From an uncultured virus (IMG/VR IMGVR_UViG_3300048589_000479) (taxonomy: Duplodnaviria; Heunggongvirae; Uroviricota; Caudoviricetes), in IMG/VR virus record IMGVR_UViG_3300048589_000479: a DNA stretch of 64,000 bases. One strand, given 5' to 3'. Of this stretch, positions 9,342 to 19,090 are shown piece after piece; positions within the stretch are counted from its first letter, which is position 1, and every line of letters begins with the position of its first letter. A program made the position numbers and the translations under genes. Below the pieces are notes generated by a model, which worked only from the letters and a program-made list of their open reading frames with translations, was not told the DNA's origin and ran no database searches.

Positions 9342-9608
9342 GCATTGCTGCATTGCCGCCGGGAATCCTCACGGAGTCGGGCAATGCGGCATTGCGGCAA
9401 TGCCGCAATGCGCGAGTAATGGAAAGCGCGCGCGCGCGTCAGAGAAGAGGGGCACCGACGCCCTCATGCGGTGCGCTCAACGTCCCGGTGTAAAAGGGTC
9501 TGTGTCAGTCACCCGCTAAAAGGGTTTGTGTCATTGACATCTGCGACTGACATCGCCTCGCGTGTACGCGCGCGCGGGCCACGCGGCATTGCTGCCCTGC
9601 TGCGTTGC
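9342..9608. repeat. Repeat-rich divergent intergenic region (candidate genome terminus/packaging site)
   Basis: GCAWTGC units at 8-bp period (9342, 9350; 9381-9411; 9586); TAAAAGGGTYTGTGTCA x2 (9491, 9517); (CG)n tracts. Confidence 0.6.
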
Positions 9609-9702
9609 ATATGGCGGGCCGGCGGCGTTGCAATCTGCGGATTCGGGCTCGGTGCGCGATCGTGCACGCGGCGTTTGTGTCGCTGCCGCTACGCTGCTCG
9701 GC

Positions 9703-10146
9703 ATGAATCCGAGCATCGAGAGCGACCACCGCACAGAGGACGGCAAGCCGGCCGGAGGGACGACCACCGCGCCGGGCGTGACGATCGAGTGGCAGAACGG
9801 GCCGCTGGCGACCTGGTTGCAGCCGGGGCCGGGCCTGTGTCCTTGCGGCGCTGCTGCGACGTGGACCTACGATCCGGAGACGATGGCGCCCTCGCCCGTT
9901 CCGGACGTGACGGAGTTCTGCGAGCTCCACGGGCCGAACTCGCTGCCGCGCCTGGAGCGCACGGGAGCGTTCGTGGAGGACGTGATCGCGGCGGCGCTCG
10001 ACCGGATCGAGCACTACCAGACGTCCGAGTTCCGCTGCCGCGAGAATGCGCTGGCGATCACGAAGCTGGAAGAGGCGCTGCACTGGCTGGCGCACCGCAC
10101 GGCCGATCGCGAGCGTCGCGGCGTCGAGGGCACCCACGCCCGGTGA
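9703..10146 (+). CDS. tad1: Tad1-like anti-defence sponge protein
   Basis: IEWQNGPL..EDVIAAALDRIEHYQTSEFRCRENALAITKLEEALHWLAHRTADRERRGVEGT matches the Tad1 C-terminal pattern; leaderless after TACGCT. Confidence 0.8.
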   Translation: MNPSIESDHRTEDGKPAGGTTTAPGVTIEWQNGPLATWLQPGPGLCPCGAAATWTYDPETMAPSPVPDVTEFCELHGPNSLPRLERTGAFVEDVIAAALDRIEHYQTSEFRCRENALAITKLEEALHWLAHRTADRERRGVEGTHAR

Positions 10147-10391
10147 CGGATGACGCGAAGACGAGCCCGACCGGGCCAATGTCAGCCATCGCCGCGCTGT
10201 CGGGGCGGTCGCTGACGGACCTGTACCGGCTCTTCCGCATGGAAGGGTCGCCGAGCCCGGTCGCGCACGTCGCGGGCGTGCCTGTGTACGACCTGGACCG
10301 CGCGATGACGTGGCTGCACCCGGAATCCGGGGCTGATGCGGGGCTGCTGGCGCGCGATGCGGTCGTGAAGCTCCAACCGCCGTCCGTATAA
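10143..10391 (+). CDS. Small HTH-like DNA-binding protein
   Basis: MSAIAALSGRSLTDLYRLFRMEGSP..VYDLDRAMTWL; GTGA overlap. Confidence 0.5.
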   Translation: MTDDAKTSPTGPMSAIAALSGRSLTDLYRLFRMEGSPSPVAHVAGVPVYDLDRAMTWLHPESGADAGLLARDAVVKLQPPSV

Positions 10392-10399
10392 CGGGTCCG
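10385..10399 (+). promoter_or_regulatory. Class III (late) promoter motif CGTATAACGGGTCCG
   Basis: Upstream of portal; one of 7 copies. Confidence 0.75.
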
Positions 10400-10410
10400 A
10401 GGGAGGATCG

Positions 10411-11841
10411 ATGGTCGTGCACGCGGAAAATCGGGGGATTCGAGGGCGCCTGCGCGCCTGGACCCCTTTGCGGGCGCTGACAGCAGCAGGTTCTCCTCTC
10501 GTCGAGGCCCGGCTGACTCCCGGTGGACCGATTCGGTCGCAGCCCGACTACATGGGCACTGCTGCGGAGCCGGCACGTCCGGATTCGATCCGCGCACGTT
10601 CGGAGGAGTGGCAGACGAAGGCTCTGCTCTACGCCGAGGCCGTTCCGGAGCTCGCGGGCGCCGCTGCGCTCGTTCGGGCGACGATGGAGGGCGTGACGTG
10701 GGTCGTCGAGGGCGGAAACGACGCGACTCGCAAGCGGATCCAGGCCCGCGTCGATGCGTTCGACAAGGAACGCGCTGCGGAGCTCATCTTCCTCACCGGC
10801 GACGCCTACATCGCGGTCCCGAACGATCCTGGCAGCGGAACGCCGGTCGAGGACGTCGAGGCGCCGTATTCGCTGTCCGTGGCCGAGATCAAGGTCGCGA
10901 CTGACATCGGCCAGAAGGATCAGGTCAAGGGGCCGAACGGCGAGTGGGTCGACCTGGTCGAAGAGGGCTCCGACCGCCCGATTCCCTTCATGCGCGTCTG
11001 GCGCAAGTCGAAGTCGAACCGCTGGAAGGGCGCGAGCCCCGTCAAGGCGGCAATGGACCTGCTGGACGCGATGTACGTCGCGCAGATGGTCGATACGGCC
11101 ACGCAGAACTCCCGGCTCGTGCACGCGGGCATCGTCTTCTGGCCGACGAACGCTCCGGACATTCCGGTGAAGGCCGGCGAGGATCCGACGCCCGGATCGC
11201 GCCAGGCCATGCTCGCGGAGTTCGTCAACGCGACGGACAAGAAGATCGACCTCATCAACAAGGGATTCGACGCCTCAAAGCCGTTCATCGTCATGTACGA
11301 CCCCGGCAAGGGCGGCGAGGCGACGAAGTACCACCCGGAGATGTTCCGCGTCGAGCGGGAGGATCTCGCCGAGCAGCGAGCGACCCGCGTGCAGACCGAT
11401 CAGCTTCGGCTCGCCACCGCGCTCGAACTGCCCGTCGAGGCAGTGACATCGCAGGGCACGAGCGGCGCCAACCGCTTCTCGGTGCATCAGATCGACGTCG
11501 ACAAGTGGAAGACGTGGGGATCGGCGTTCGACAAGCTGATCCGCGTCGAGTTCGAGAAGCGCATGGTCAAGCAGTACGGCAAGGAATACTCGCTCAAGAC
11601 CGACTCCTCGAACCTCGTGAAGAAGCCCGACCAGACCGACGTGATCGTGAAGCTCGCGCAGATGGAGCAGGTCACGCCGGAGTCGGCGGTCCAGGCGCTC
11701 AAGGACGCCTCGATCGACGGGCTCGTGGCGCAGAAGCCGCCGGAGACGGGGCCGAAGCTCAACCGAGCTCCAGGTCAGCCGTCGGACTTCGGTCGCGGCG
11801 AAACCGATCGCGGTGGGGGCCGCTTCCGTGACACGCCATGA
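10411..11841 (+). CDS. Portal protein
   Basis: 476 aa at head of structural arm; WQ..A..Y..VPEL, RVWR..SPV, SRL..AGI, RLATALELP motifs typical of actinophage portals. Confidence 0.8.
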   Translation: MVVHAENRGIRGRLRAWTPLRALTAAGSPLVEARLTPGGPIRSQPDYMGTAAEPARPDSIRARSEEWQTKALLYAEAVPELAGAAALVRATMEGVTWVVEGGNDATRKRIQARVDAFDKERAAELIFLTGDAYIAVPNDPGSGTPVEDVEAPYSLSVAEIKVATDIGQKDQVKGPNGEWVDLVEEGSDRPIPFMRVWRKSKSNRWKGASPVKAAMDLLDAMYVAQMVDTATQNSRLVHAGIVFWPTNAPDIPVKAGEDPTPGSRQAMLAEFVNATDKKIDLINKGFDASKPFIVMYDPGKGGEATKYHPEMFRVEREDLAEQRATRVQTDQLRLATALELPVEAVTSQGTSGANRFSVHQIDVDKWKTWGSAFDKLIRVEFEKRMVKQYGKEYSLKTDSSNLVKKPDQTDVIVKLAQMEQVTPESAVQALKDASIDGLVAQKPPETGPKLNRAPGQPSDFGRGETDRGGGRFRDTP

Positions 11842-12191
11842 CCGACTACGACGCACTCTCCCAGCGCCAGCGCGAGTTCGAGAAGGACGCCAACGCGCGC
11901 TTCCACGACCACGGCAAGCACATCTCTCGGATCGAGGGCATCTTCGAGGAGCGCACGCGCGCGCTCTCGGAGGCTGACCACGAGCAGCGCGCGCAGATCG
12001 CGGCGATGGGGAAGCGCATGGACAAGGTGGAAGAGCGGCTGACCGCGAAGATCGACGGCGTGGGCAACAAGGTCGACGAGCTCGGCAAGGACGTCATCAA
12101 GCAGGGCGCGAGGCTCGCCATGTACGTCACGGCCGGCGGCACGATCGGTGTCGTCGCGCTCAACACGGTCGCGCGCCAGCTATTCGGCTGA
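11838..12191 (+). CDS. Coiled-coil protein with C-terminal TM helix (XhlA-like architecture)
   Basis: Heptad-rich N-terminus, hydrophobic C-terminus. Confidence 0.6.
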   Translation: MTDYDALSQRQREFEKDANARFHDHGKHISRIEGIFEERTRALSEADHEQRAQIAAMGKRMDKVEERLTAKIDGVGNKVDELGKDVIKQGARLAMYVTAGGTIGVVALNTVARQLFG

Positions 12192-12194
12192 CCC

Positions 12195-12210
12195 GCGTAT
12201 AACGGGGCCG
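12195..12210 (+). promoter_or_regulatory. Class III promoter motif GCGTATAACGGGGCCG
   Basis: Exact consensus in intergenic gap. Confidence 0.75.
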
Positions 12211-12236
12211 ACACCGAACCTTCGCAGGAGATCTCA

Positions 12237-12614
12237 ATGCCCGTCGCACATGGAGCCACCGTCACCGTCGCAGCCGAGGCCGCCAACGCCCGCGCCGTCA
12301 GCATCCAGTTGACCGGCTCGATGCGCCAGGCGCTCACCGGCCGCGCGACCGTCCGTGGATTCGTCACGTCCGACGCCGCCGGCCTGGAGGCCGTCGAGTT
12401 CGTCGGCGACGACACCGTGCCCACCGTCGGCGCGAAGGGCGACCTGCTCTCCGCTTCCGGCGCCGTGTTCGAGGCGCTCTCGAACGCGACTGGCGAGGTC
12501 GATCTGGTCCTCACGAACGCGAGCGACCAGGCGAAGACGCGCTACCTCACGCTCGACGCAGGCGGTCGCCTGCTCGATCCCGTCGCGATCGTCTTCGCCG
12601 ACGACACGCCCTGA
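12237..12614 (+). CDS. Putative virion (decoration-type) protein
   Basis: 125 aa beta-rich; AGGAG RBS; own late promoter. Confidence 0.6.
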   Translation: MPVAHGATVTVAAEAANARAVSIQLTGSMRQALTGRATVRGFVTSDAAGLEAVEFVGDDTVPTVGAKGDLLSASGAVFEALSNATGEVDLVLTNASDQAKTRYLTLDAGGRLLDPVAIVFADDTP

Positions 12615-12632
12615 TCGGGGCGGCTCGGCCGG

Positions 12633-12648
12633 GCGTATAACGGGGCCG
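12633..12648 (+). promoter_or_regulatory. Class III promoter motif, leaderless start
   Basis: Last G of motif is the G of GTG 12648. Confidence 0.75.
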
Positions 12649-13598
12649 TGAAGCGCATCCCGACACTCCTGGACTTCCAGCCGAACCTCGATCTCGAGGG
12701 CCGGCGAGTCTCCGTCGATCGCGACAGTGGTCGGATCGCGGTTCGCGTCGCCAACTACGGCGAAGTCCACTCCGGGTTCGGCCCGGAGGTCAAGGTGCCG
12801 CGCAACGCGAACCTCGATGCCGCGCACGTCGGTACCGCCGACCTGCCGGACGGATCGAGCCTGCGCGTGGCGGTGCTGCCGATGCACACGGCACACGCGC
12901 CGGCCAACCTCCAGGCGCTCCACGCGGCCGCATGGTACGAGAACTCCGGCCTGGGCGTCGCCCGTGGTCGGTACTCGACCGACGAGAGTGGCGTGCGCTT
13001 CGACGGCCTGCTCTTCGACGACATCACCGACGCGCAGATCGACCGGCTGACCGCCGGCTCCGCGTCGGGCGACTGGCGATCGGCAATCGCCCTCAAGTCG
13101 TTCGGTGACTTCGAGCACGCCCCAGCCGATTTCGTCGGAAGCTGCCTCGTCAACATCGGCGGCTACTCCGACACCTACCGCCAGGCGCCCGCCGAGCGGT
13201 TCGCCCTCGTTGCATCCGCAGCGGGGGACTTCATCTCGATCGAGGACGCGACAATGACCGGCACGCTCACCGCAGGCGCAGGCGACTCCAACGGCGACGG
13301 CGCAGCCGCGCTGCCCGACGGCTGCAACGGTGCGTGCACCGGCTGCGACTGCCAGACCGGGACGACCGACGTCAACACCGGCGCCGACGGAGCGGGCGAC
13401 GTCGTGACGATCACGGCCTCCGCGCTCCTGGAGCTCGTGGAGGCGTCGGGCGACCAGTTGCTCGGCACGCCGGTTCTCGAAGAGGCGAAGACCGTGCTGG
13501 TCGCGGGCGGCTTCATGGAGGCTCCGAACCCGGACGCCGAGCGGCTCGCACGCCTGGAGCAGCACTACATCGACTCGGTGTTCAACGCCGCCGACTGA
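12648..13598 (+). CDS. Capsid maturation protease (putative)
   Basis: Between portal and capsid; H..A..WYEN, SGDWR, LVNIGGY motifs of actinophage prohead proteases. Confidence 0.7.
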   Translation: MKRIPTLLDFQPNLDLEGRRVSVDRDSGRIAVRVANYGEVHSGFGPEVKVPRNANLDAAHVGTADLPDGSSLRVAVLPMHTAHAPANLQALHAAAWYENSGLGVARGRYSTDESGVRFDGLLFDDITDAQIDRLTAGSASGDWRSAIALKSFGDFEHAPADFVGSCLVNIGGYSDTYRQAPAERFALVASAAGDFISIEDATMTGTLTAGAGDSNGDGAAALPDGCNGACTGCDCQTGTTDVNTGADGAGDVVTITASALLELVEASGDQLLGTPVLEEAKTVLVAGGFMEAPNPDAERLARLEQHYIDSVFNAAD

Positions 13599-13613
13599 CC
13601 TGGCGACGGCCGT

Positions 13614-13629
13614 GCGTATAACGGGGCCG
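13614..13629 (+). promoter_or_regulatory. Class III promoter motif
   Basis: Exact consensus upstream of major capsid gene. Confidence 0.8.
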
Positions 13630-13663
13630 AAGCGACTTTCAACACCGCCATGAGGGGCAAGCC

Positions 13664-15409
13664 GTGAACGTCAAGGAACTGCAGGACAAGCTCGAGGCGC
13701 TCCGCGCCGAGCTCGCCGAGATCAAGTCCGGAGATCGCACGCCGGAGACGGCCGAGAAGCTCACCGCGAAGCGCGCCGAGATCGCCGAGGCGCAGACTGA
13801 GCTCACGGCAGCGGAGGCCCAGGCCGCCGAGGTCGAGGCCGCGTTCGCGGATGCCGACGGTGACGAGGCTCCGGCCGCGCCTGCCGACGGTGACGGCGAC
13901 GGCACCGGCGACGCGGCTCCCGCCGCTCCCGCTGCTCCTGCAACCCCGGCGACTCCCGCTGCTCCCGATGCTCCGGCTGACGGCGACGCGGGCGGCGCTG
14001 GCGACGGCGCTGCGACGGGCGGCCCCGTGGCCCTGGCAGCTTCCGGTGCGGGCGACCGCGCTGGCGGCGACGCCGGCAACGACGCCGACGCGATGCAGCC
14101 GATGGTCCTCACTGCCTCCGGCAGCGCAGGCCAGGCCGGGCTCACGCCGGGCATGAAGCTCGACCGCGACTCGCTCGGCTCGATCCTCACCGCTGCGGGC
14201 GCCGCAGCGGGCGTGATCTCGCCCCGCACGCGCGTCGTGTCGATCGACCGCTTCGGCGAGGGCGTCGAGCCCCTGTCGAACAACCTCTCCACGATGGAGA
14301 ACACGCGGCTGCTCGCGAAGGCGCGCGGCGACTTCGCGAAGTCGAAGATCGGCAACAACCGCCCCGTGGCGCTCACCGCCGCCGGCTGCTTCTGTGGCCC
14401 GGACGAGCTCATCCGCACGACCGGCGTGGTCGGTCGGCGCGGCCGCCCGTTCGCGGCGATGTTCCCGACCATCCCGATCTCCGGCGGCTTCCGAGCCATG
14501 CCGGACCTCGCGTTCAACGTGGACACCGGGCTCCGCTCCGGCGTCTCGCAGTGGACGTGCACCGACCAGGGCGACGTGGACCCGGACGCTCCGGGCACCT
14601 GGAAGCCCTGCGCGGAGATCGAGTGCTTCACGGAGGCGACCTACGAGCCCTACGCGGTCGTGGCCTGCGTGACGGTCGAGCGGTTCCACCGCTGGGCGCA
14701 CCCGGAGCAGGTCGATGCCTGGATCAACCTGCTCGGCATCGAGTACGACTCGCTCGCCGAGACGCTCCTGATCGACCAGATCGAGGCCGAGGCCGGCACG
14801 CCGCTCACCGTGGGCGACACCGGCGACCTCATGGCCGACCACTCGCTCGTGGCGAAGATCATCTACGCCCTGTCCAGCATGGCGTACCCGCTCGGGTACC
14901 AGTTCCGCGAGGGTGCCGGCGTCCTGGAGGGCTACACGCTCTCCGTGCCCGTCGGCATGGCCGAGGCGCTGTACGCCGACGAGAAGCTGCGAGGCTTCCC
15001 GTCGGGGATCAACTCGAAGGAAGCGATCGTCGCGGCCATCGAGAGCGGCACCGGCGTCCGGATGGTCGAGCGACTCGACGAGAGCACGTCGCGCAAGGCG
15101 GCGGCTGCGGCCACCGTCGCGGCGATGAACGCGGGTGGCGCGATCGACGACGCCACCACGCCGCTGCTCCCGCCCACGTTCCGGATGTACCTCATTCCGC
15201 TCGAGGGCTACGTCCACGGCGAGGGCACGATCGTCTCGGCCGACTGGCATGTGGACGACCCGCTCCTGCGCCAGAACAAGCTGCGCTACTTCCTGGAGAA
15301 CGCCGAGATCCTGGCGAACCTCTCGGTGCGCAAGCCGCACATCATCGACGTTCCCGGCGAGATCAAGGGCTCCTACACGGACCTCGTGCTCGCACCCGGC
15401 AACGTCTGA
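13664..15409 (+). CDS. Major capsid protein with N-terminal scaffold-like region
   Basis: 581 aa; coiled coil and Ala/Pro/Asp linker, then ALTAAGCFCGP, KPCAEIEC, LLRQN motifs; position. Confidence 0.8.
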   Translation: MNVKELQDKLEALRAELAEIKSGDRTPETAEKLTAKRAEIAEAQTELTAAEAQAAEVEAAFADADGDEAPAAPADGDGDGTGDAAPAAPAAPATPATPAAPDAPADGDAGGAGDGAATGGPVALAASGAGDRAGGDAGNDADAMQPMVLTASGSAGQAGLTPGMKLDRDSLGSILTAAGAAAGVISPRTRVVSIDRFGEGVEPLSNNLSTMENTRLLAKARGDFAKSKIGNNRPVALTAAGCFCGPDELIRTTGVVGRRGRPFAAMFPTIPISGGFRAMPDLAFNVDTGLRSGVSQWTCTDQGDVDPDAPGTWKPCAEIECFTEATYEPYAVVACVTVERFHRWAHPEQVDAWINLLGIEYDSLAETLLIDQIEAEAGTPLTVGDTGDLMADHSLVAKIIYALSSMAYPLGYQFREGAGVLEGYTLSVPVGMAEALYADEKLRGFPSGINSKEAIVAAIESGTGVRMVERLDESTSRKAAAAATVAAMNAGGAIDDATTPLLPPTFRMYLIPLEGYVHGEGTIVSADWHVDDPLLRQNKLRYFLENAEILANLSVRKPHIIDVPGEIKGSYTDLVLAPGNV

Positions 15410-15438
15410 TCCACAGGCGAGTAGGCAAGGTGACACCG

Positions 15439-15478
15439 CGCCCCCGGCAGGAGCCCAACCAGGCGCCCGCCGGGGGCG
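15439..15478 (+). terminator. GC hairpin after major capsid gene
   Basis: 10-bp stem CGCCCCCGGC/GCCGGGGGCG; no U-tract. Confidence 0.45.
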
Positions 15479-15501
15479 TCGGTATGAACGGAGACTGACA
15501 A

Positions 15502-16362
15502 GTGAGCGCAATCCTTCCACTTCCACGACCGCCCCGCATTCGCGGCGGCCTCGAGACGGTCGCGCAGGCGCTCGTCGGGCTCGACGGCGAGCCTCTGACC
15601 GAGGGCGAGTGGAACAAGGGCGTGATCCACACGAACGCCGCCCAGGGCGAGACGTTCGTCTCCGGCTACGGCGGCGGGTCGTATGGCACCGACCCCGACT
15701 CGGTGAAGCCGACCGTGGACAACCCGGACGCCGAGCTCTTCATGCCGGTCACGCTGGGCGCGATCTTCGAGTGCCAGATGAACGCCCCCGGCGGCGTGCT
15801 GGGCGACGTCTCGCAGCAGCGGGCCGTGTCGCTCCTGGAGCGCCGTTCGTTCTCCGATCTCGCCGAGATCCTGCTGACCGGCGAGAACTACCGCTGCGAC
15901 TCCGGGGACCAGAACCCCGGCTTCATCGCGAACGGTGAGCTCGCGGGCAACGGCGACGCTGGCGGCTCGCCGCGCGGCGTGCTGCACGGACTCATGGACG
16001 GCGTGTGCGGCGGCTGGGAATCCGACCCGGTGTTCCACATCCCGCGCGCGTTCATGGCGCACTTCATCGGCGAGCTCGTGCAGTGGGACGAGGCCAACGA
16101 GGTCTTCCGCTTCGGCCCGCACCGCGTCTCGTTCGACTGCTACCCGAACGAGGGTCCGACCGGCAGCACACCGGCCAACCCGGACGGGTCCGAGGTTTGG
16201 GTCTGGGCGTCGCTGCCGCCGAAGCTCGCCGTGTCCGAGGAGATCTCCACGACGCTCGTGCGCACGGAGCTCCAGAACCGCTACCAGGCACGCGCCGAGC
16301 GGGAGGCGATCATCGCCTTCGACACCGGCCTCGTGCTCGCGGCGAAGGCGATCGTCTCGTGA
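15502..16362 (+). CDS. Second capsid protein (minor/pentamer-type)
   Basis: 286 aa after MCP; ends QNRYQARAER..FDT; same layout as hexamer/pentamer pairs in cluster B mycobacteriophages. Confidence 0.6.
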   Translation: MSAILPLPRPPRIRGGLETVAQALVGLDGEPLTEGEWNKGVIHTNAAQGETFVSGYGGGSYGTDPDSVKPTVDNPDAELFMPVTLGAIFECQMNAPGGVLGDVSQQRAVSLLERRSFSDLAEILLTGENYRCDSGDQNPGFIANGELAGNGDAGGSPRGVLHGLMDGVCGGWESDPVFHIPRAFMAHFIGELVQWDEANEVFRFGPHRVSFDCYPNEGPTGSTPANPDGSEVWVWASLPPKLAVSEEISTTLVRTELQNRYQARAEREAIIAFDTGLVLAAKAIVS

Positions 16363-17222
16363 GCCCGGTCCCGCCCTACACTCCTGGCGGCGGCTACGTC
16401 CCGTACCCGCCTGGCGGCGACCCGCTGCAGTTTCTCGGCCTGGACCCGATGGGCGACCCGGCCTGGCTGACGGCTCCCTACGCGAACTACCTCTTCAACT
16501 CGTCGGGCGCGCAGGCGGGCAACCGCTTCAACGACTGGTCCGACCTCATGGCGGCCGTCGCTCTCGTCGAGGGTCCGAAGACGATCACGTTCGAGCAGGA
16601 CGACTCGATCCCGGCAGGCGCCTACGACCTGTCCAACATCGTCTTCCGTGGCAACTTCCTGCCGCTCGGCGTGGGCGGGCTCTTCATCGAGCTCGAAGAG
16701 GGTGTCACGTTCACCGACGTCACGCAGTTCCGTCTCGACGGAGGCGTGGGGCTCATCAACACGAGCTCGGCCCCGAACCTCGTGATCGAGAATGGCGACT
16801 TCGTGATCGTGACCGCCAGCGGCAACTCCGGCTTCGGATCGACAGGCGCTCCCATGTTCGTGATCGAGGCGGGCGGCCAGTTCGTGATCGCGCTCGCCGA
16901 CGGCGGCGTGCTCGCAGACGTGGGGCAGCCCGTGATCGAGGTCCAGTCCGGCGCCGGCCTTGCGGCCGTGGCGCTCAACGGCGTGGCCTCCGGGATGCAG
17001 GACAACACGATCACCGGCGACGGCGGCGCGTTCATCCGGCTCATCCAGGGGATCGCCGTGGACGGATTCTCCGGAGCCACGCAGCCCTCGTTCTCCGGCG
17101 TGATCGTGGACCAGTTGTTCACCGACTCGCGCCTGCTCGGATACGACCCGTCGGGCACGGGCGGCACCCTGACCGCCGGCAACGTGCAGGCGGCGATCGA
17201 CGAACTGGCTGGCCTGGTATGA
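16359..17222 (+). CDS. Putative virion protein (beta-rich)
   Basis: GTGA overlap; Gly/Val-rich; ends NVQAAIDELA. Confidence 0.65.
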   Translation: MSPVPPYTPGGGYVPYPPGGDPLQFLGLDPMGDPAWLTAPYANYLFNSSGAQAGNRFNDWSDLMAAVALVEGPKTITFEQDDSIPAGAYDLSNIVFRGNFLPLGVGGLFIELEEGVTFTDVTQFRLDGGVGLINTSSAPNLVIENGDFVIVTASGNSGFGSTGAPMFVIEAGGQFVIALADGGVLADVGQPVIEVQSGAGLAAVALNGVASGMQDNTITGDGGAFIRLIQGIAVDGFSGATQPSFSGVIVDQLFTDSRLLGYDPSGTGGTLTAGNVQAAIDELAGLV

Positions 17223-17413
17223 GAAACGCACTGCCCACCATTCTCGGCTACGACGTCGTGTGCACGACCTCTGCGCGGATCATCGCGCCGATGGTCGATG
17301 CGCGCGGGACGGCAGAAGGCATTGCCGCCGAGCACGGCGGCGTCGTCGTGCCCGTGCTCTCGACCACCACGCGGCGCATCGGGTACGCGCTGCCGCAGGC
17401 GCCGCCGGCATGA
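17219..17413 (+). CDS. Hypothetical protein
   Basis: MRNALPTILGY..; ATGA overlaps on both sides. Confidence 0.55.
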   Translation: MRNALPTILGYDVVCTTSARIIAPMVDARGTAEGIAAEHGGVVVPVLSTTTRRIGYALPQAPPA

Positions 17414-17991
17414 CGCTGATCCAGATACCCCTCGGTGGACTGCGCTCGACCGAGCAGGTCATTGACCTGCGCTACTTCGACTCGGTGGCGTTCGGCGACA
17501 CGTCGCCACCGGCGGTGGGACTGCTGTTCGATGGGCCGCTGTCGGAGTCGATAGCCAACCCGTTCGAGGGCTCTGACATCGTGGTTTCGGCCTCGATCAT
17601 GCTGCCGCCGTTTCGCATCTTCACGGAGGCGATCGACCAGAACTCGCCCGTCGGACGCCAGGCTCTCATCGATCTCGCGGTCGGCGCGGAGGCCAGCGGC
17701 CAGACCTCGTGGCCGTTCGACTACTACACCGTGAACACTCCCGACCGCGACCCATACATGCCCGACCCGCTCACAGCGAACGTGACGAACGGGACAGGCG
17801 GGTACACCGTGAGCGAGACGCTCCAGGTCGCCGCCAGCGGTCCTACGATCGACGTCAGCTTCCAGGACTACCTCAATACCGACCCGTCAATCCCCTGGCC
17901 CCTCTTCGGATACCGCGTCCCGGTATTCGGCGAAGAGCCGCTGTCGCACGCACGAATCAACATCCGCATCGAGGAGATCGCAGCACCATGA
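17410..17991 (+). CDS. Putative virion protein
   Basis: MTLIQIPLGG..; coupled in structural operon. Confidence 0.65.
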   Translation: MTLIQIPLGGLRSTEQVIDLRYFDSVAFGDTSPPAVGLLFDGPLSESIANPFEGSDIVVSASIMLPPFRIFTEAIDQNSPVGRQALIDLAVGAEASGQTSWPFDYYTVNTPDRDPYMPDPLTANVTNGTGGYTVSETLQVAASGPTIDVSFQDYLNTDPSIPWPLFGYRVPVFGEEPLSHARINIRIEEIAAP

Positions 17992-19049
17992 GTGACACCT
18001 GGGAACGACGAGCAATCCCCTACGTTGACGGGTGGAACAAGGCGCCCAACGACGGCCCGCAGTTCACGGTCGTCTTCGACCAGAACGCCGACACGCTGAC
18101 GATCACCGCCGATCAGCCGGTCTTCGGCGCGCTCGACGAGTTCACCGGCGAGGGCGAGAACCCGGACGGCTCGCCCGGCTGGACGTTCTCGGTGCCCAAC
18201 GGCAACTTCACGATCGACTCCGCGACGCAGATCACGCTCGCGGGCGCGTGGAACTACCTCGTCGCCAGCCCCGGCGTCAACGCCACGATCACGCAACTCG
18301 ACTTCTTCAACGCCGGCCCGACGCTGATCGGCACCTGGACCGGCACGGCCGCGATCACCGAGCCCGTCTCCGGCGACCCGCTGATCGAGAACTACTCCTA
18401 CATCGACTTCTACGACACGGCGACGTCGCCACCGTCGTTTATGTCGCCGGGCTGCGGCACGGTCGCAACCGCGAACGCGGCTCCGTCGATCTTCTTCTAC
18501 TCGCAGAACATGCTCTCCGGCGGCGCCGACGGCGTGCGCCTGGTCGTGGACGGAAGCCCCGTCGACTACATCGCCTCGGTCGATCCGCAGTTCTTCGGCG
18601 ACGGGGTGATCGCCGACGACGGATACTTCCTGCTCTCCGACCCCGCGCTCGCGGGCACGCAGGTCACTTCGGCGCAGCCGATCGACAGCGGCGGCAACCC
18701 CGTCGGCGTGGCGACCCCGCTGCAGTTGAACTACAACACCGTCCTGGACGCCGGCATCCAGTCCGGCGACCCCGACGTGCTCGAGATCGCGTGGGACGTC
18801 TGCCACGAGCAGCCGACGCAGATCAACGTCACGCGCTGCACGCCCAACAACGGCCAGCAGTATTACGACCCGCTCGGCCCGCAGGCCGGATTCAACCCGG
18901 TCGGCGCGACGTTCGTGCAGTGGGACACGACGGCGATCATCATCGATCACCCGGCGTTCATCGGCGTTGGTCCGATCCACCGGATCGACACGCGCGACGC
19001 CGAGGGCCGCACGTTCGCGATCACCGGGGACACGCTGCCGTCGATCTGA
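17988..19049 (+). CDS. Putative virion protein (acidic, beta-rich)
   Basis: MSDTWERR..; GAGGAG RBS. Confidence 0.65.
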   Translation: MSDTWERRAIPYVDGWNKAPNDGPQFTVVFDQNADTLTITADQPVFGALDEFTGEGENPDGSPGWTFSVPNGNFTIDSATQITLAGAWNYLVASPGVNATITQLDFFNAGPTLIGTWTGTAAITEPVSGDPLIENYSYIDFYDTATSPPSFMSPGCGTVATANAAPSIFFYSQNMLSGGADGVRLVVDGSPVDYIASVDPQFFGDGVIADDGYFLLSDPALAGTQVTSAQPIDSGGNPVGVATPLQLNYNTVLDAGIQSGDPDVLEIAWDVCHEQPTQINVTRCTPNNGQQYYDPLGPQAGFNPVGATFVQWDTTAIIIDHPAFIGVGPIHRIDTRDAEGRTFAITGDTLPSI

Positions 19050-19090
19050 TCTGACGCGCAGCTTGCAGGGCCGCCGCTAGGATAGCGGGC

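Noticed and set aside
3511..9608. Short repeat arrays as mini-CRISPR
   Set aside because: Repeats are 7-17 bp, in mixed orientation, without regular unique spacers.
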